Source: Desulfatiglandales bacterium (GTDB taxonomy: Bacteria > Desulfobacterota > DSM-4660 > Desulfatiglandales > HGW-15). From it: a stretch of 64,000 bases of DNA. How positions within the stretch are numbered: the stretch's first letter is position 1; each line of letters begins with the position of its first letter. Shown piece after piece: positions 63,234 to 64,000 of this stretch. The translations under genes and the position numbers were made by a program. The notes below the pieces were generated by a model that saw only the letters and a program-made list of their open reading frames with translations, was not told where the DNA came from and ran no database searches. The DNA is taken from positions 224,001 to 288,000 of the forward strand of contig CAXXJJ010000004.1 in the NCBI GenBank assembly GCA_963667015.2, given 5' to 3'.

Positions 63234-64000
63234 ATGAAAGAAAATTTAAAATTTCGTTTTAGAATATATTTAACAGTTTTTACCACTCTGTTGTTAATTG
63301 GTATAATTGGCTTTATGTTCATTGAAAATATGTCATTAACAAACGCGATCTATTTTTCAATTGTAACCATGGCTACAGTTGGTTATGGCGATATTCATCC
63401 TCAAACCGCAACTGGTAAAATCCTGGCCCTGATTATCATCATTGGGGGCGTAGGAACATTTCTCGGCGTTATTGCCAGTATAATTGATTTATTTGCCAGT
63501 CGCCGCGAAGAGGTAGCCAGACAAAAAAAATAGATATGGTAATGGGATTATTTTTCAGTGAAATGGGAAACGAACTGCTAAAACACTTTATAAAGTTTGA
63601 CCCTGATACTGAAGCTCTTCACAAAATTCTGAGGATTACACCAGAATGGAAAGCTGAGGATTTTGACGAGGCATACAAGCTTTTAAAAAAACATCGTCTT
63701 TCAGTCAATTCACTCCAAGGTGATATATCTGCCCTGTTAAATTACCTGCAAAATAAGGCAGATCTGCTTTTAAGACTGCTTGAAAATCCAATCATTGAAG
63801 AACACGAGGATTTTACAGATTTACTGCAAGCCTTATTTCATCTTCGTGATGAGCTATTGCACCGTGATAATATGTTTGAATTATTCGATTCTGACCGTAA
63901 ACATCTCGAAAACGATATCGCTCGAGTATACAGCTTGCTGATATATGAATGGTTGCGTTATATCCGATATTTGAAAGAGAACTACGCATATCTTTTCTCT
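63234..64000 (+). pseudogene. Potassium channel family protein, frameshifted in an A8 run (63523-63530), 3'-partial
   Basis: Selectivity filter TMATVGYGD; adding one A continues into DMVMGLFFSEMG. Confidence 0.82.

Noticed and set aside
37000..64000. Prophage or classical integron
   Set aside because: No phage structural genes and no tyrosine integrase ORF in the window; ORF6N alone is not diagnostic.
1..64000. tRNA or rRNA genes
   Set aside because: No cloverleaf or rRNA-like sequence recognised by eye; tRNAscan-SE would be needed to exclude them formally.

Overview
Bacterial chromosomal segment. The gene content (PEP-CTERM protein, multiheme cytochrome, thrS-infC-rpmI-rplT-pheS-pheT-merR) suggests an anaerobic deltaproteobacterium/Desulfobacterota, which is an inference. 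Positions 1-37 kb are mostly core and metabolic genes: a cytochrome b / Rieske / octaheme cytochrome c-TPR operon split by an IS, a sulfatase, rlmI, a MacAB-TolC-type exporter, a sirtuin, the thrS-pheT cluster, an OYE-USP fusion, a CocE hydrolase, and PEP-CTERM and FIST proteins. From about 37 kb to the end lies an AT-richer accessory array in which essentially all cargo genes are on the + strand (DUF4034/TPR, ORF6N, NACHT NTPase, pentapeptide-TIR, two lipoproteins, LysE, GNAT, methyltransferase, SnoaL-like, K+ channel). The spacers of this array are built from three things: (i) recurring GGGGTC/GACCCC end motifs tied to a truncated REP-associated (HUH Y1) transposase and located at gene-truncation breakpoints, (ii) integron attC-like sites, with two consecutive cassettes showing perfectly complementary core sites and no integrase in the window, and (iii) several REP-like hairpin families and longer duplications. 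Five intact IS elements (IS4/IS701-like, two IS630, ISAzo13-like, IS21) were delimited by their terminal IRs and target duplications, and three interrupted genes rejoin in frame when the IS is removed. Several single-base frameshifts in homopolymers may be sequencing errors. No tRNA, rRNA or CRISPR array was seen.
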